Positions 8,979-16,947 of a stretch of 50,910 nt of DNA are shown piece by piece; positions within the stretch are counted from its first letter, which is position 1, and every line of letters starts with the position of its first letter. This DNA comes from a virus. Taxonomy: Duplodnaviria; Caudoviricetes. A model generated the notes under the pieces. The model was not told the origin of the DNA. It worked only from the letters and a program-made list of their open reading frames with translations, and made no database searches. The stretch is from the IMG/VR virus record IMGVR_UViG_3300034175_000007, positions 1 through 50,910 of that record; one strand, given 5' to 3'. The position numbers and the translations under genes were made by a program.

Positions 8979-9070
8979 CAGGTTCTCGTTTTGCTCCAAT
9001 AGCAAAAGCCAGTTTATGGCGGCTTTTATGGGAATCGAACCCATGATTTGAGTTTGCTGAATAGAACCTA
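8979..9070 (-). ncRNA. CAGCAA-stem RNA 1 with permuted tRNA-like (YrlA-like) domain
   Basis: AGGTTCT-ATTCAGCAAA...ATGGG TTCGATT CCCAT-AAAAGCC GCCATAAACT GGCTTTT...AGAACCTG. Confidence 0.75.
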
Positions 9071-9080
9071 TTTGTTTTAA

Positions 9081-9173
9081 CAGGATGCAACTTAGCCGGA
9101 TTCGAACCGGACACACAGGGTCTAAACCTATTGCTCTACCATTGAGCTACTAATGTTTGCTGTAAGCATCCTA
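9081..9173 (-). ncRNA. CAGCAA-stem RNA 2 enclosing a near-complete tRNA cloverleaf (TAG anticodon-like loop, no CCA)
   Basis: AGGATGC-TTACAGCAAA...GCTCAATGGTAGAGC-ATAGG TTTAGAC CCTGT-CCGG TTCGAAT CCGG...GCATCCTG. Confidence 0.8.
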
Positions 9174-9249
9174 GATGTAAAGACTGTCGGGAGCTACCCT
9201 GCCTTACACTTTACTTATATACCTTTGTTGACTAAATGTCAACATTTAT

Positions 9250-9726
9250 TTACACTTTAAGATCAAAAACTGAAGTATCGATCTTGTAGATACGATCTAG
9301 CTGGAGAGTCGTACCACGGAACATCGGAACATTCTCAGAGTCATACAACGCCATGAAAGCTTTAGACTTAGCGCTATATTCCTCTTGTGCTTTGGAATAC
9401 TCTGGCGAGTTATAACTTACGTAGTCATGACCCTGCCGAGGATACGGTACACGTTTTGTATACAGATTCCAGAAGTTCTCTTCGACTAGACCAGTCTCTT
9501 TGTTACGATACTGAGTACCGTTGTACTGAGTACGACAGCTTACGTGGCCGTTCTTAGTACCGAGATAGACACCAGGAGCGATCTTAGTCCTGCCAGTGCA
9601 GGTAGTTACGATGATAATGTCGTCATTCGGCTTGATAGTCTGGCCGATAGAATTCTTGTAGTCTTCGACGACTAGGACGGGCTTAGGCCCACGAACCCTA
9701 TTGCGTCTACGGCTATACCAACTCAT
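9250..9726 (-). CDS. Hypothetical protein
   Basis: ORF with AAGG RBS between CAGCAA RNAs. Confidence 0.6.
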   Translation of the reverse strand: MSWYSRRRNRVRGPKPVLVVEDYKNSIGQTIKPNDDIIIVTTCTGRTKIAPGVYLGTKNGHVSCRTQYNGTQYRNKETGLVEENFWNLYTKRVPYPRQGHDYVSYNSPEYSKAQEEYSAKSKAFMALYDSENVPMFRGTTLQLDRIYKIDTSVFDLKV

Positions 9727-9745
9727 AATGTACCTTTGATTATAC

Positions 9746-9875
9746 CAGGCTCAACTTTTTTGCTTTACGCGTGCTAACCGCTGCACTACCCCCACATAGT
9801 TTGGAGTGGGGGCTGGGATTCGAACCCAGGTTTCGTCCTTGAAATGGAATGCTATGAGTTGCTGTAATGAGCCTA
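9746..9875 (-). ncRNA. CAGCAA-stem RNA 3 with circularly permuted tRNA domain (T arm, closed acceptor stem, D arm)
   Basis: AGGCTCA-TTACAGCAACTC...CTGGG TTCGAAT CCCAG-CCCCCA CTCCAAACTATG TGGGGG-TA-GTGC AGCGGTTA GCAC...TGAGCCTG. Confidence 0.82.
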
Positions 9876-9878
9876 TTG

Positions 9879-10130
9879 TTACGTAGGAAGAACCGGGTTG
9901 CACCAATGACACGTACAATATTCGTCAATGGATTCTACACCGGGTAGATCGTATTTGCAGTACTTCTTAGGCGGAGCATCGAGCAGTTGTGTCAACAGTA
10001 TTAGTGTCGTATCGAACTGTTGGCTCCAGCCCTTCAAAATCTCGGAGGCGAACCATGGCTTATTCTGAGCCGTGTATGCATCAGCTAGAAGCTGACGAGC
10101 CTGTTGGCTGATACTAGCTTTAGCTTTCAT
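9879..10130 (-). CDS. Hypothetical protein, C-terminal Cys motif
   Basis: AGGA RBS; CTCHWC. Confidence 0.55.
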   Translation of the reverse strand: MKAKASISQQARQLLADAYTAQNKPWFASEILKGWSQQFDTTLILLTQLLDAPPKKYCKYDLPGVESIDEYCTCHWCNPVLPT

Positions 10131-10140
10131 CGTTCATCCT

Positions 10141-10171
10141 AAAAAGAGGGAGGATCCGTTAAGACCCTCCC
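10141..10171 (-). terminator. Intrinsic terminator after the DUF2828 gene
   Basis: GGGAGG...CCTCCC then CTTTTT. Confidence 0.6.
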
Positions 10172-10211
10172 AGTGTTTCCCGACGAGAGGAAGGAGAAGA
10201 ACGTCGGGGTA

Positions 10212-11624
10212 TTAGCGGAAGTCGTACTTGTCTGCCATGATCGTCTTCAACATCACGCCCTCAGGAGTCATGTTCTTCAGATCTGCCGACAGGACAGACT
10301 TCATGATCGCTGGCGAGAAGCCCGAGATCAGAGCAGTGCCGGTCGTATCGTACTTAACTGGCGAGTTACCAGAAGCATTGATGTTCCAGAAGATAACCGC
10401 TGGTGGGGTGTACCCAGCACGGATATAATCGTTACGGATCATCTCGATAGCCGTAGCCGAAGGACTACGAATAGCAGCGTTGAACTGCATATCCGACATG
10501 ATGAGTAGTGCGCCTGGCATCTCGCTCTGTGGCACGCCGTTAGACACTGCCATCGTGAGGATCTTCTTAAGCGCTAGCTCAAGATTCGTGCTCATGTCCC
10601 AGTTAGAACGAGCCATGGTGTTGTAGCGCTCAGAGAGGCTACCACGAACCGTGACGAACTCTGTGCTGGTCGAGAACGTGAGGAACACATCCTTGAACTT
10701 GCCAGTGTTCTTGCCCGAACAATAGAGACCAAGTGAGATGGCGACATCGAGACAGGTGATGGCACTAGAACCGCCTGCCGAGCAGGTCATCGAACCCGAG
10801 ACGTCTACCAGAGGCAGAACATTCGCGTCACCGATGAAGTTAGGTAGTGCGTTCCACTGAGCATCGACTAGCTGCGTATCCCTAGAGCTGCGCAGGTTCT
10901 TGATGATGTCGTAAGGATATACTGCCGCAGCATTTACCTTTACGGTCTTATCACCCTTGACCAGCTTCTCCTTGAAGGTCGTGAAAGCAATAGGCGCCTG
11001 CTTAGCAAAGGCCTTAGTGTAACGCGACATAGCGAGAGATGGGACGTGGCTGAAGTTGATGCGCTCAAATTCACGTGCACACATCTGAGTCTCAACGACA
11101 TTCGTCAGAGAAACCAGAGTCTTACGATAGAACTTTGGCGACCAACCGAGGAACTTACGAAGCTCCACAGCAGTTGCACCCTTACGTGGCATCCACTTTG
11201 CAGCCAGGCCGTTCTTAGACTCTAGCGCATTACGAATGATGCTGAACGCGAGGAACTTAACCTCTGGGTTCGTGAAGATGAGAAGGTCGTCGAAACGGCC
11301 GAGCTCAGGAACACGATTCAGAAGATTCGTCTCGAGCAGATAGCGAGGGTTTGACTTCTCAAGCTGGAGCAGGATGTCACGGAAGAGCTTACGCTCACCG
11401 GCACCACCACGGATATCACGACCCCAGAGGGCGATACGGATGGCGTATTCAGGATTCTCTGCTAGAGCCTGAGCGAATAGATTGGTAATGTCCTTACCAC
11501 GAGAAGCGCCGAGCTGACCGAATAGATCGGTGTTAGCGCGATTGGTAGACGTATATGCTGCCATACCATTGGTCGTGGTGGTACGAACAGGAGTGCCGCG
11601 TACGGCTGATGCGAAAGTCGTCAT
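10212..11624 (-). CDS. DUF2828-family Ro60/TROVE-like helical-repeat plus vWA protein
   Basis: TTTTNGM, DLF, RDIRGGAGER, PELGRFDDL, LAAKWMPR, C-terminal MIDAS DVSGSM, SDMQF, FWN, LISGFSP. Confidence 0.85.
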   Translation of the reverse strand: MTTFASAVRGTPVRTTTTNGMAAYTSTNRANTDLFGQLGASRGKDITNLFAQALAENPEYAIRIALWGRDIRGGAGERKLFRDILLQLEKSNPRYLLETNLLNRVPELGRFDDLLIFTNPEVKFLAFSIIRNALESKNGLAAKWMPRKGATAVELRKFLGWSPKFYRKTLVSLTNVVETQMCAREFERINFSHVPSLAMSRYTKAFAKQAPIAFTTFKEKLVKGDKTVKVNAAAVYPYDIIKNLRSSRDTQLVDAQWNALPNFIGDANVLPLVDVSGSMTCSAGGSSAITCLDVAISLGLYCSGKNTGKFKDVFLTFSTSTEFVTVRGSLSERYNTMARSNWDMSTNLELALKKILTMAVSNGVPQSEMPGALLIMSDMQFNAAIRSPSATAIEMIRNDYIRAGYTPPAVIFWNINASGNSPVKYDTTGTALISGFSPAIMKSVLSADLKNMTPEGVMLKTIMADKYDFR

Positions 11625-11643
11625 GTCATAATCTCCTCAATGA

Positions 11644-11710
11644 CGGGTTAGTTTTTGTCCGCTAGGATCAATTAACAGTTGGTTAGCGTGTGAGTTGCTG
11701 AACCTAACCC
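11644..11710 (-). ncRNA. CAGCAA-stem RNA 4, ending ~20 nt upstream of the DUF2828 start
   Basis: GGGTTAG-GTTCAGCAACTC...CGCTA...TAGCGGACAAAAA-CTAACCCG. Confidence 0.72.
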
Positions 11711-11722
11711 AAATAATGTTAC

Positions 11723-11780
11723 CGGGCTCACTTTTGTTTTCTATGCAAAAGAAAGTTTGTGAGTTGCTGAACGGAGCCCT
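11723..11780 (-). ncRNA. CAGCAA-stem RNA 5 (minimal)
   Basis: GGGCTCC-GTTCAGCAACTC...TGAGCCCG. Confidence 0.7.
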
Positions 11781-11798
11781 GAGTCAATATAAAGTAGT

Positions 11799-12026
11799 CG
11801 GGATGCGCGGCTTGCTTACTGCCTGCTGAACTAGATCTCATTCGAGGATCGGCCCTATCTAATGTTTCGGCATTAGAACCTACACAAGCAATTCGTAGCG
11901 AAACTTGTACGCTTCCGGACAAGCCGGCTTATCAAATAGAATTAGCCGAAGCTAATCTATAACGTTTGAAGATCCGTGAGGATCGTCTGCGTATCCGAAG
12001 ATACTATGGTTTGCTGAAGTCATCCC
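11799..12026 (-). ncRNA. CAGCAA-stem RNA 6 (long, ~228 nt, multi-hairpin)
   Basis: GGGATGA-CTTCAGCAAAC...GCATCCCG enclosing GTATC-TTCG-GATAC, ATTAGC-TTCG-GCTAAT and CTAATG-CCGAAA-CATTAG hairpins. Confidence 0.7.
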
Positions 12027-12035
12027 ATTGATGAA

Positions 12036-12110
12036 TGGAGCGGGTAGAGGGAATCGAACCCTCGTATCCTGGGTGGAAGCCAGACGCTTTAGCCGCTAAG
12101 CTATACCCGC
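12036..12110 (-). tRNA. tRNA-Gly(TCC)
   Basis: Cloverleaf, CT-TCC-AC loop, CCA. Confidence 0.92.
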
Positions 12111-12120
12111 TTGATGTATT

Positions 12121-12150
12121 CTATATATACCTGCTGGCTTCAAATGTCAA
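12121..12150 (-). promoter_or_regulatory. Sigma70-type promoter driving tRNA-Gly, CAGCAA RNAs 4-6 and DUF2828
   Basis: TTGACA-17 nt-TATATA. Confidence 0.65.
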
Positions 12151-12178
12151 GGACTTTTTTCATGGTCCTTAATTTTGT

Positions 12179-12685
12179 TTAGTAGCCGCAGTCGTACTCT
12201 GCAGTATAGACTTCGTCCTTGGTCAGATAGACCGTAGTACCGTAGTCGCCGTCAAACATCTGTTCGAGGACATCATAGTTTTGCTGCAGGAAACCGTTAA
12301 ACTTAGCACATACGCTGCTAAGAGGATCATCACCAGCATTATCGCGCCAGCTCGAGTACTCGACGGTACCATACAACTCGTCGTCTTCGTATTCTTCTGC
12401 ACCTAGCAGTTCTTCAGGATCGAAACCCTTACGTACGAAGATAGCTTCACCAACAGTGAACTCGCAGGGTTCACCGTCGTTAAACGATGGCGTGTACTGG
12501 TTCCAGGTGATCATCTGCAGACCAGTCTCCTCGAAGAAGACAGAAGTCAGCTTACGAAACTCACCCTGCATCTTGAGGTTGAACTCTTTGACGAGAGCAG
12601 TCAGCTCTTCGCGCTTCTCAGTCAGAATAGCTTCGAGTTTATCAAAATTAGTTGGCAACAATTGTAGTCTTTCCTTTTTCTGCAT
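12179..12685 (-). CDS. Conserved phage hypothetical protein
   Basis: WNQYTPSFNDGEPCEF motif; true start is probably the TTG near 12664. Confidence 0.65.
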   Translation of the reverse strand: MQKKERLQLLPTNFDKLEAILTEKREELTALVKEFNLKMQGEFRKLTSVFFEETGLQMITWNQYTPSFNDGEPCEFTVGEAIFVRKGFDPEELLGAEEYEDDELYGTVEYSSWRDNAGDDPLSSVCAKFNGFLQQNYDVLEQMFDGDYGTTVYLTKDEVYTAEYDCGY

Positions 12686-13028
12686 CTGACTTATGAGCCA
12701 TACGATGCTTTAATGTTCCACTCATCCAACCTTCGATAGGCATGTTAGTCAGCCATCGCTCTACAGTTGGAATGAAGCCGAGGTCCTCGATGATATGCTC
12801 TTCAGCGACATCGCGTGGACTATATTCCTTACCATCAGCATTAATGCGATAGATGCCGAACATCTGCTCTACTAGGTAACAGCCAAAGGCAGAATGTAGG
12901 ATGGCACGATGACGAATGTCTGGCATGGTCATCTTGGATTGGTCGATGAAGTTGTGGATGTCCAGATAGTCGTCTGGTACTCCACCAAAGCGCTTTGCGC
13001 TTACCTTAGCGTGAATACGTGGCTTCAT
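12648..13028 (-). CDS. DUF6915-like protein
   Basis: HAKVSAKRFGG..DY..IH.FID.SK...RHRAILHS...AEEHIIEDLG. Confidence 0.7.
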   Translation of the reverse strand: MKPRIHAKVSAKRFGGVPDDYLDIHNFIDQSKMTMPDIRHRAILHSAFGCYLVEQMFGIYRINADGKEYSPRDVAEEHIIEDLGFIPTVERWLTNMPIEGWMSGTLKHRMAHKSDAEKGKTTIVAN

Positions 13029-13029
13029 T

Positions 13030-13332
13030 CTATGACCTCCACTTCATAACTCTAACTTGTCTCTTATCGTTCTCATCAAAATAGATAAGATGGACTCGAT
13101 CAGCATATTGACATGGCAACATACTTTTACGTACATCACTAAGAGTTGCTGTGGCTGGATCAGCTTCAGCTCTTAGATCATGCGGATGGAGTTCAAGGTC
13201 AACACGTAGACCAGACTCTAGAGTATCTTTAAACGTATTAGCGACTAACTCGGAATAAGCTAGATGAGTCATACCACGGCCCGTAAGACCAAGAGAGTTG
13301 AGTGTAGCTGCGATAAACACCTGAGGTCTCAT
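13030..13332 (-). CDS. Hypothetical protein (TAG stop)
   Basis: Tightly packed with ATGA overlap. Confidence 0.55.
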   Translation of the reverse strand: MRPQVFIAATLNSLGLTGRGMTHLAYSELVANTFKDTLESGLRVDLELHPHDLRAEADPATATLSDVRKSMLPCQYADRVHLIYFDENDKRQVRVMKWRS

Positions 13333-13631
13333 TTGTTATCGTTCTCATGCCATTGGAAGTACTTCTGCATCTTCGCCATGGTTTGAACATCCATCTGAGC
13401 GATCTCTTCATCAGTCATATTAAGAGTAATGAAGACTGCCATAGCAGCAGATAGATCCGACAGTTCTTCTACGAACTTAGCTCGTAGATCGCCAGACCAG
13501 TGATTGGTATCGCCACGACTACCCATAAGCTTACCGCAAACCTGCAGCACTTCGCCACATTCTTCGATAAGCTTACTGGTGCCTGGCCATTCTTTATCAG
13601 CTAGTGCAAACATTAACGTTGTTCCCACCAT
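13329..13631 (-). CDS. MazG-like nucleotide pyrophosphohydrolase
   Basis: LIEECGEVLQ...EELSDL (ExxE...ExxD) motif. Confidence 0.65.
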   Translation of the reverse strand: MVGTTLMFALADKEWPGTSKLIEECGEVLQVCGKLMGSRGDTNHWSGDLRAKFVEELSDLSAAMAVFITLNMTDEEIAQMDVQTMAKMQKYFQWHENDNK

Positions 13632-13788
13632 GATTCGTGACTAGGGTCTTTGCGCATCTCTATGACGCGTTGAGCATGGAAGACCTTATATCGAAGCTCG
13701 GTCTTGTCGAAGAGTCGTCCAACAATAAGATCAATAATCTCGACTAGCACGTCTGGATCAGTTTCTTCGATCACTTCGTATGCAGTCT

Positions 13789-14139
13789 TCATGTCTTATC
13801 CCGCATAAACGGAACAGCATGACCAGCTTCGATCATAGCATCGTTGACATTCGTACCATCCAGCAGGAATATCTCAGCCACCCATCGGCCGAAGCTGTCA
13901 GACACCATTGTCTGCGGTTTATGACTACGAATAAGTACGATTGCACCTACCGGGATCATGCTAGTGAGATAGGCAGTTGCTTCTGAAGCTCCAGGGCGAC
14001 CACGTTCCGGTGTATTGATACCATAGAGACGAAAGCGGTCGTTGCGATTGATACGAAAACCAAGATCACAGATTGCATCGACGGTATCACCATCAACGAT
14101 ACGAGTGATGGTTGCTCGATACTGATAAAACGGGTTCAT
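13789..14139 (-). CDS. Thermonuclease (SNase-like) family protein
   Basis: RIVDGDTVD...RLYGINTPE...DSFGRW...N.AMIEAGHA. Confidence 0.88.
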   Translation of the reverse strand: MNPFYQYRATITRIVDGDTVDAICDLGFRINRNDRFRLYGINTPERGRPGASEATAYLTSMIPVGAIVLIRSHKPQTMVSDSFGRWVAEIFLLDGTNVNDAMIEAGHAVPFMRDKT

Positions 14140-14140
14140 C

Positions 14141-14827
14141 TTAGCAAGAGCAGCTAAAGAAGTTGCCGCGCTCCTTAGGAACGATACCAGTTACGACTAT
14201 GAAGTGATCCCAGAACGCATCCTCAGTGCATACGCCTTCGAGCAATCCACCTTTCGACAGATAAGACCAGCCGCTCGTAGCGTGCTCTTTAGCAGTTTGC
14301 ATCAGCTCGTCGTAATCGACGGTGCCATAGTAGTCGCCGTAGTAACCATCGTCACGACCAGCACCATTCTCATCATTAAGACGATGGACGTATTCCTCGA
14401 TCCAAGCCTTTGACTCAGCCTTACGATCCTCAAGAGGATCGATAGTCACAGTGGTCGTAACTACAGCAGTGCTCGCCTCAGCAGCGATATGCTGATTAAA
14501 GTCATGAAGCAGATCATCAAAGTCCGGATGAGTCCAGACGTGACGCAGCGAAGAGATCTTACGAGGATATACGACCAACCAGAACTTGTTACCTGGACGG
14601 ACCATACCCTGGATGAAAGGATCTACGATACCCTGACCTTCGTTAGGCGGGCAGTTGTAGTACTTATTGTCGTCACCACGCTGGATATGCGCACCTGGAT
14701 TCAGATACGAGCCAGCAATAACAGGTTCGACTGCCAGATGGATAGCATCACGTGCTTCATCGCTTGACAGAATATAGCCAAGGGTTTCCAGTGCATCAGT
14801 GTGCACCGAACGCTTATCTGCGCTCAT
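14141..14827 (-). CDS. Conserved phage hypothetical protein
   Basis: RDAIHLAV, GIVDPF, SLRHVWTHP, C-terminal FFSCSC. Confidence 0.65.
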   Translation of the reverse strand: MSADKRSVHTDALETLGYILSSDEARDAIHLAVEPVIAGSYLNPGAHIQRGDDNKYYNCPPNEGQGIVDPFIQGMVRPGNKFWLVVYPRKISSLRHVWTHPDFDDLLHDFNQHIAAEASTAVVTTTVTIDPLEDRKAESKAWIEEYVHRLNDENGAGRDDGYYGDYYGTVDYDELMQTAKEHATSGWSYLSKGGLLEGVCTEDAFWDHFIVVTGIVPKERGNFFSCSC

Positions 14828-14851
14828 TATAAAGTCTCTCGATGTAAAGGG

Positions 14852-14951
14852 TGGCCGGTGGCAGGATTCAAACCTGCATCACGCCCTCACTCAAACCCCA
14901 ACGATTCGTGAATGTGAGAACGTCGCTTTAGCTCAGTTAAGCTACACCAGC
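14852..14951 (-). ncRNA. tRNA-like RNA with an expanded anticodon arm
   Basis: Acceptor GCTGGTG/CACCGGC, D arm, T arm GCAGG TTTGAAT CCTGC; anticodon arm replaced by a 10-bp stem (ACGTTCTCAC/GTGAGGGCGT) with a 23-nt interior. Confidence 0.7.
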
Positions 14952-14985
14952 ATAAGAGCTATTATATACTGGTCGAGTCAGAATG

Positions 14986-15231
14986 TCAATCAGTATTTTT
15001 GGAATTCTTTTTCTTCTTATCAGGTAGAGGGACGGTGAGGAACTCGTTCTTCGATTCCATCAAGGTATAGAAGCCGTCTTCCGTGAAGACCTCTGGGTGC
15101 ATCGTGTGATACAGCTCGAGAGTGAGAGGCTCATCGTTCTCGTGCGAGTAAGAGATCACATGGACCAGCTCACCGAGACCTGCCTCTTTCGGAGCGAGGT
15201 AACGTACATAGTATAGTTTTGGCTTAGCCAT
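14986..15231 (-). CDS. Hypothetical protein
   Basis: Operon-packed ORF. Confidence 0.55.
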   Translation of the reverse strand: MAKPKLYYVRYLAPKEAGLGELVHVISYSHENDEPLTLELYHTMHPEVFTEDGFYTLMESKNEFLTVPLPDKKKKNSKNTD

Positions 15232-15796
15232 TCGCTTTGATTCCAGTGTAGATAGATTCGAGCAGATCAGGATACTTGTCGTATGCGTTCAGTGCCTTCA
15301 ACCATTCCTCGAAGTAGAACGTAAGCTCTACAGATCGAGCATGATTGTCTTTGTGATAGATGGTAAAGTCCTTACGATTCTGGACCTTATCGGCTACGAG
15401 CATCTGGTTTACCTGGAACAGCGGACTCAGCTTGATCGGCTTTTTGAGCTTAGGCACCTGCCAGCTCTCGTCGTTGTTGCCGTCCCATCCCATGATCACG
15501 ATATCAGACAGGCTACGATTAGCTACGTTCCGATACTCCATGATCAGAGTCACGACCCATGGATGAATACCAAACAGCTCTCGCCGATTGTACATCAGAT
15601 CGTTATCGTTCTGGAACATCGGGTGATAGCAGAATGCTGCTTTAGTGAGGCAGTCGGCGTTGATAGCATCCAGGACGTAGCAGCCCTCGATGATGTGGTT
15701 GATCAGTGGTGCGCCAGATCTTTCAGCAGTCTTGGTACCATACCAATCGGTGACTGCTAGTAGCGCGTTGCGAGCGATCTTAGATTCTAGAGTCAC
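15224..15796 (-). CDS. Hypothetical protein, HD-domain-like
   Basis: RSGAPLINHIIEG...AAFCYHP...ADKVQNRKDF. Confidence 0.55.
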   Translation of the reverse strand: MTLESKIARNALLAVTDWYGTKTAERSGAPLINHIIEGCYVLDAINADCLTKAAFCYHPMFQNDNDLMYNRRELFGIHPWVVTLIMEYRNVANRSLSDIVIMGWDGNNDESWQVPKLKKPIKLSPLFQVNQMLVADKVQNRKDFTIYHKDNHARSVELTFYFEEWLKALNAYDKYPDLLESIYTGIKANG

Positions 15797-15996
15797 AGAC
15801 GATGCCTTTCAGGTTTGCTGAAGATATCATCACCGATCTTATAGGCAAGACCGAGTACTATCAACACGATCTCGATAACGGCAGCCCAGACGTAGTGCGC
15901 TGCTAGATATAGAGCGCCCCACAGCGCGCACAGTGCTGAAAGAAACACTGCAACAACCATGAGCCCTACGAACAGTCTCTTCAAGTGTTCAATCAT
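15793..15996 (-). CDS. Small two-TM membrane protein
   Basis: MIEHLKRLFVGLMVV... with two hydrophobic helices. Confidence 0.55.
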   Translation of the reverse strand: MIEHLKRLFVGLMVVAVFLSALCALWGALYLAAHYVWAAVIEIVLIVLGLAYKIGDDIFSKPERHRL

Positions 15997-15997
15997 C

Positions 15998-16243
15998 TTA
16001 CATCCATGTTGAATAGCGCATACAGAAGCGGTTGTAGACATCGAAGAGCTCTTGGTCTTCAAGACTGTCTAGATCGTAGAGGTTCACCCGATTGCTGTTC
16101 TCAGCCTTCAGGTTCTGGCGCCGTCCACGCTTAGTGTCTTCCTCGCTGAGCGTATAGAAGATATGCCGGTAACGTGAGCAGGTATTAACAGTGTTCGGAA
16201 CCTCCGAGTAGATCCGATCTATCATCATCTGACGGAGCGTCAT
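15998..16243 (-). CDS. Hypothetical protein
   Basis: MTLRQMMIDRI start with AAGG RBS inside the track ORF. Confidence 0.5.
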   Translation of the reverse strand: MTLRQMMIDRIYSEVPNTVNTCSRYRHIFYTLSEEDTKRGRRQNLKAENSNRVNLYDLDSLEDQELFDVYNRFCMRYSTWM

Positions 16244-16522
16244 CAGGTACCTTTTCGAAGTGAGTGAATGGTCCACCATAGTAACAGCGCAGCAATCCCT
16301 CCTCTTCAAAGGACTTCACATCAAGATGACATGCAAAGCAGGTGTTGCACTTGGTTGGCACCCAGACGCGCTCGTCATCAAGCTCATCATAGCCACTTTT
16401 CCCAGTCGATGTCATTATCATGTCGGTACTTCCAGGCTATGAACTTAATCTTAAGCTCACTGTATATACTGCTTGAATATGATATTAGCATTATACACAG
16501 CTTCTGGAAAATTGTCAACACG

Positions 16523-16939
16523 TTATTTCCTCTTCGGTAAATGTGATGTGGACACCTTCGCTGATATCCAACCGTTGTAGTAATCGTCAGTGAGTAGCAC
16601 ACCGCGAACAAACTGCTCGTAAGCTTCATAGTACGAGCACTCACCCAATGTGGTACACATATAGAGTATAGTACGTGAGAACTTCGCAGGTCCTAGGACA
16701 TCGATGTCAGCCTGCAGTTCTTTACTCGAACCATAGTACTCCTTCCAATCAGAAGGTACCTTCTCACGCTTCTTTTTCTTCTTGACAGTTCGCGTCTTCG
16801 TAAAGAAGAAACGCTTCTTACCGATGTACTTGCGTCCGGTCTCTAGGTTTTCAATCAGATACACAAAACCCACGAGACCAATGCTATCTGCATCAGTAAC
16901 GTGGGTTCCGTTATAAGTCCAAGGGTTGTCGTAATCCAT
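16523..16939 (-). CDS. GIY-YIG family nuclease
   Basis: GFVYLIENLETGRKYIGKK...SDWKEYYGSS...YYN. Confidence 0.85.
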   Translation of the reverse strand: MDYDNPWTYNGTHVTDADSIGLVGFVYLIENLETGRKYIGKKRFFFTKTRTVKKKKKREKVPSDWKEYYGSSKELQADIDVLGPAKFSRTILYMCTTLGECSYYEAYEQFVRGVLLTDDYYNGWISAKVSTSHLPKRK

Positions 16940-16947
16940 ACGACTAT

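Noticed and set aside
8887-9928. Track ORFs 8887-9114 and 9740-9928 (also 11728-11922)
   Set aside because: They overlap tRNA or CAGCAA RNA structures and translate tRNA-like sequence; likely spurious.
8979-12026. CRISPR array interpretation of the repeated GAGTTGCTG(A/T)A motif
   Set aside because: Repeats are short, irregularly spaced and enclosed by covarying stems; no cas genes are present.
14852-14951. tmRNA
   Set aside because: Too short, has a full D stem, and lacks a tag reading frame and a G3:U70 alanine identity pair.
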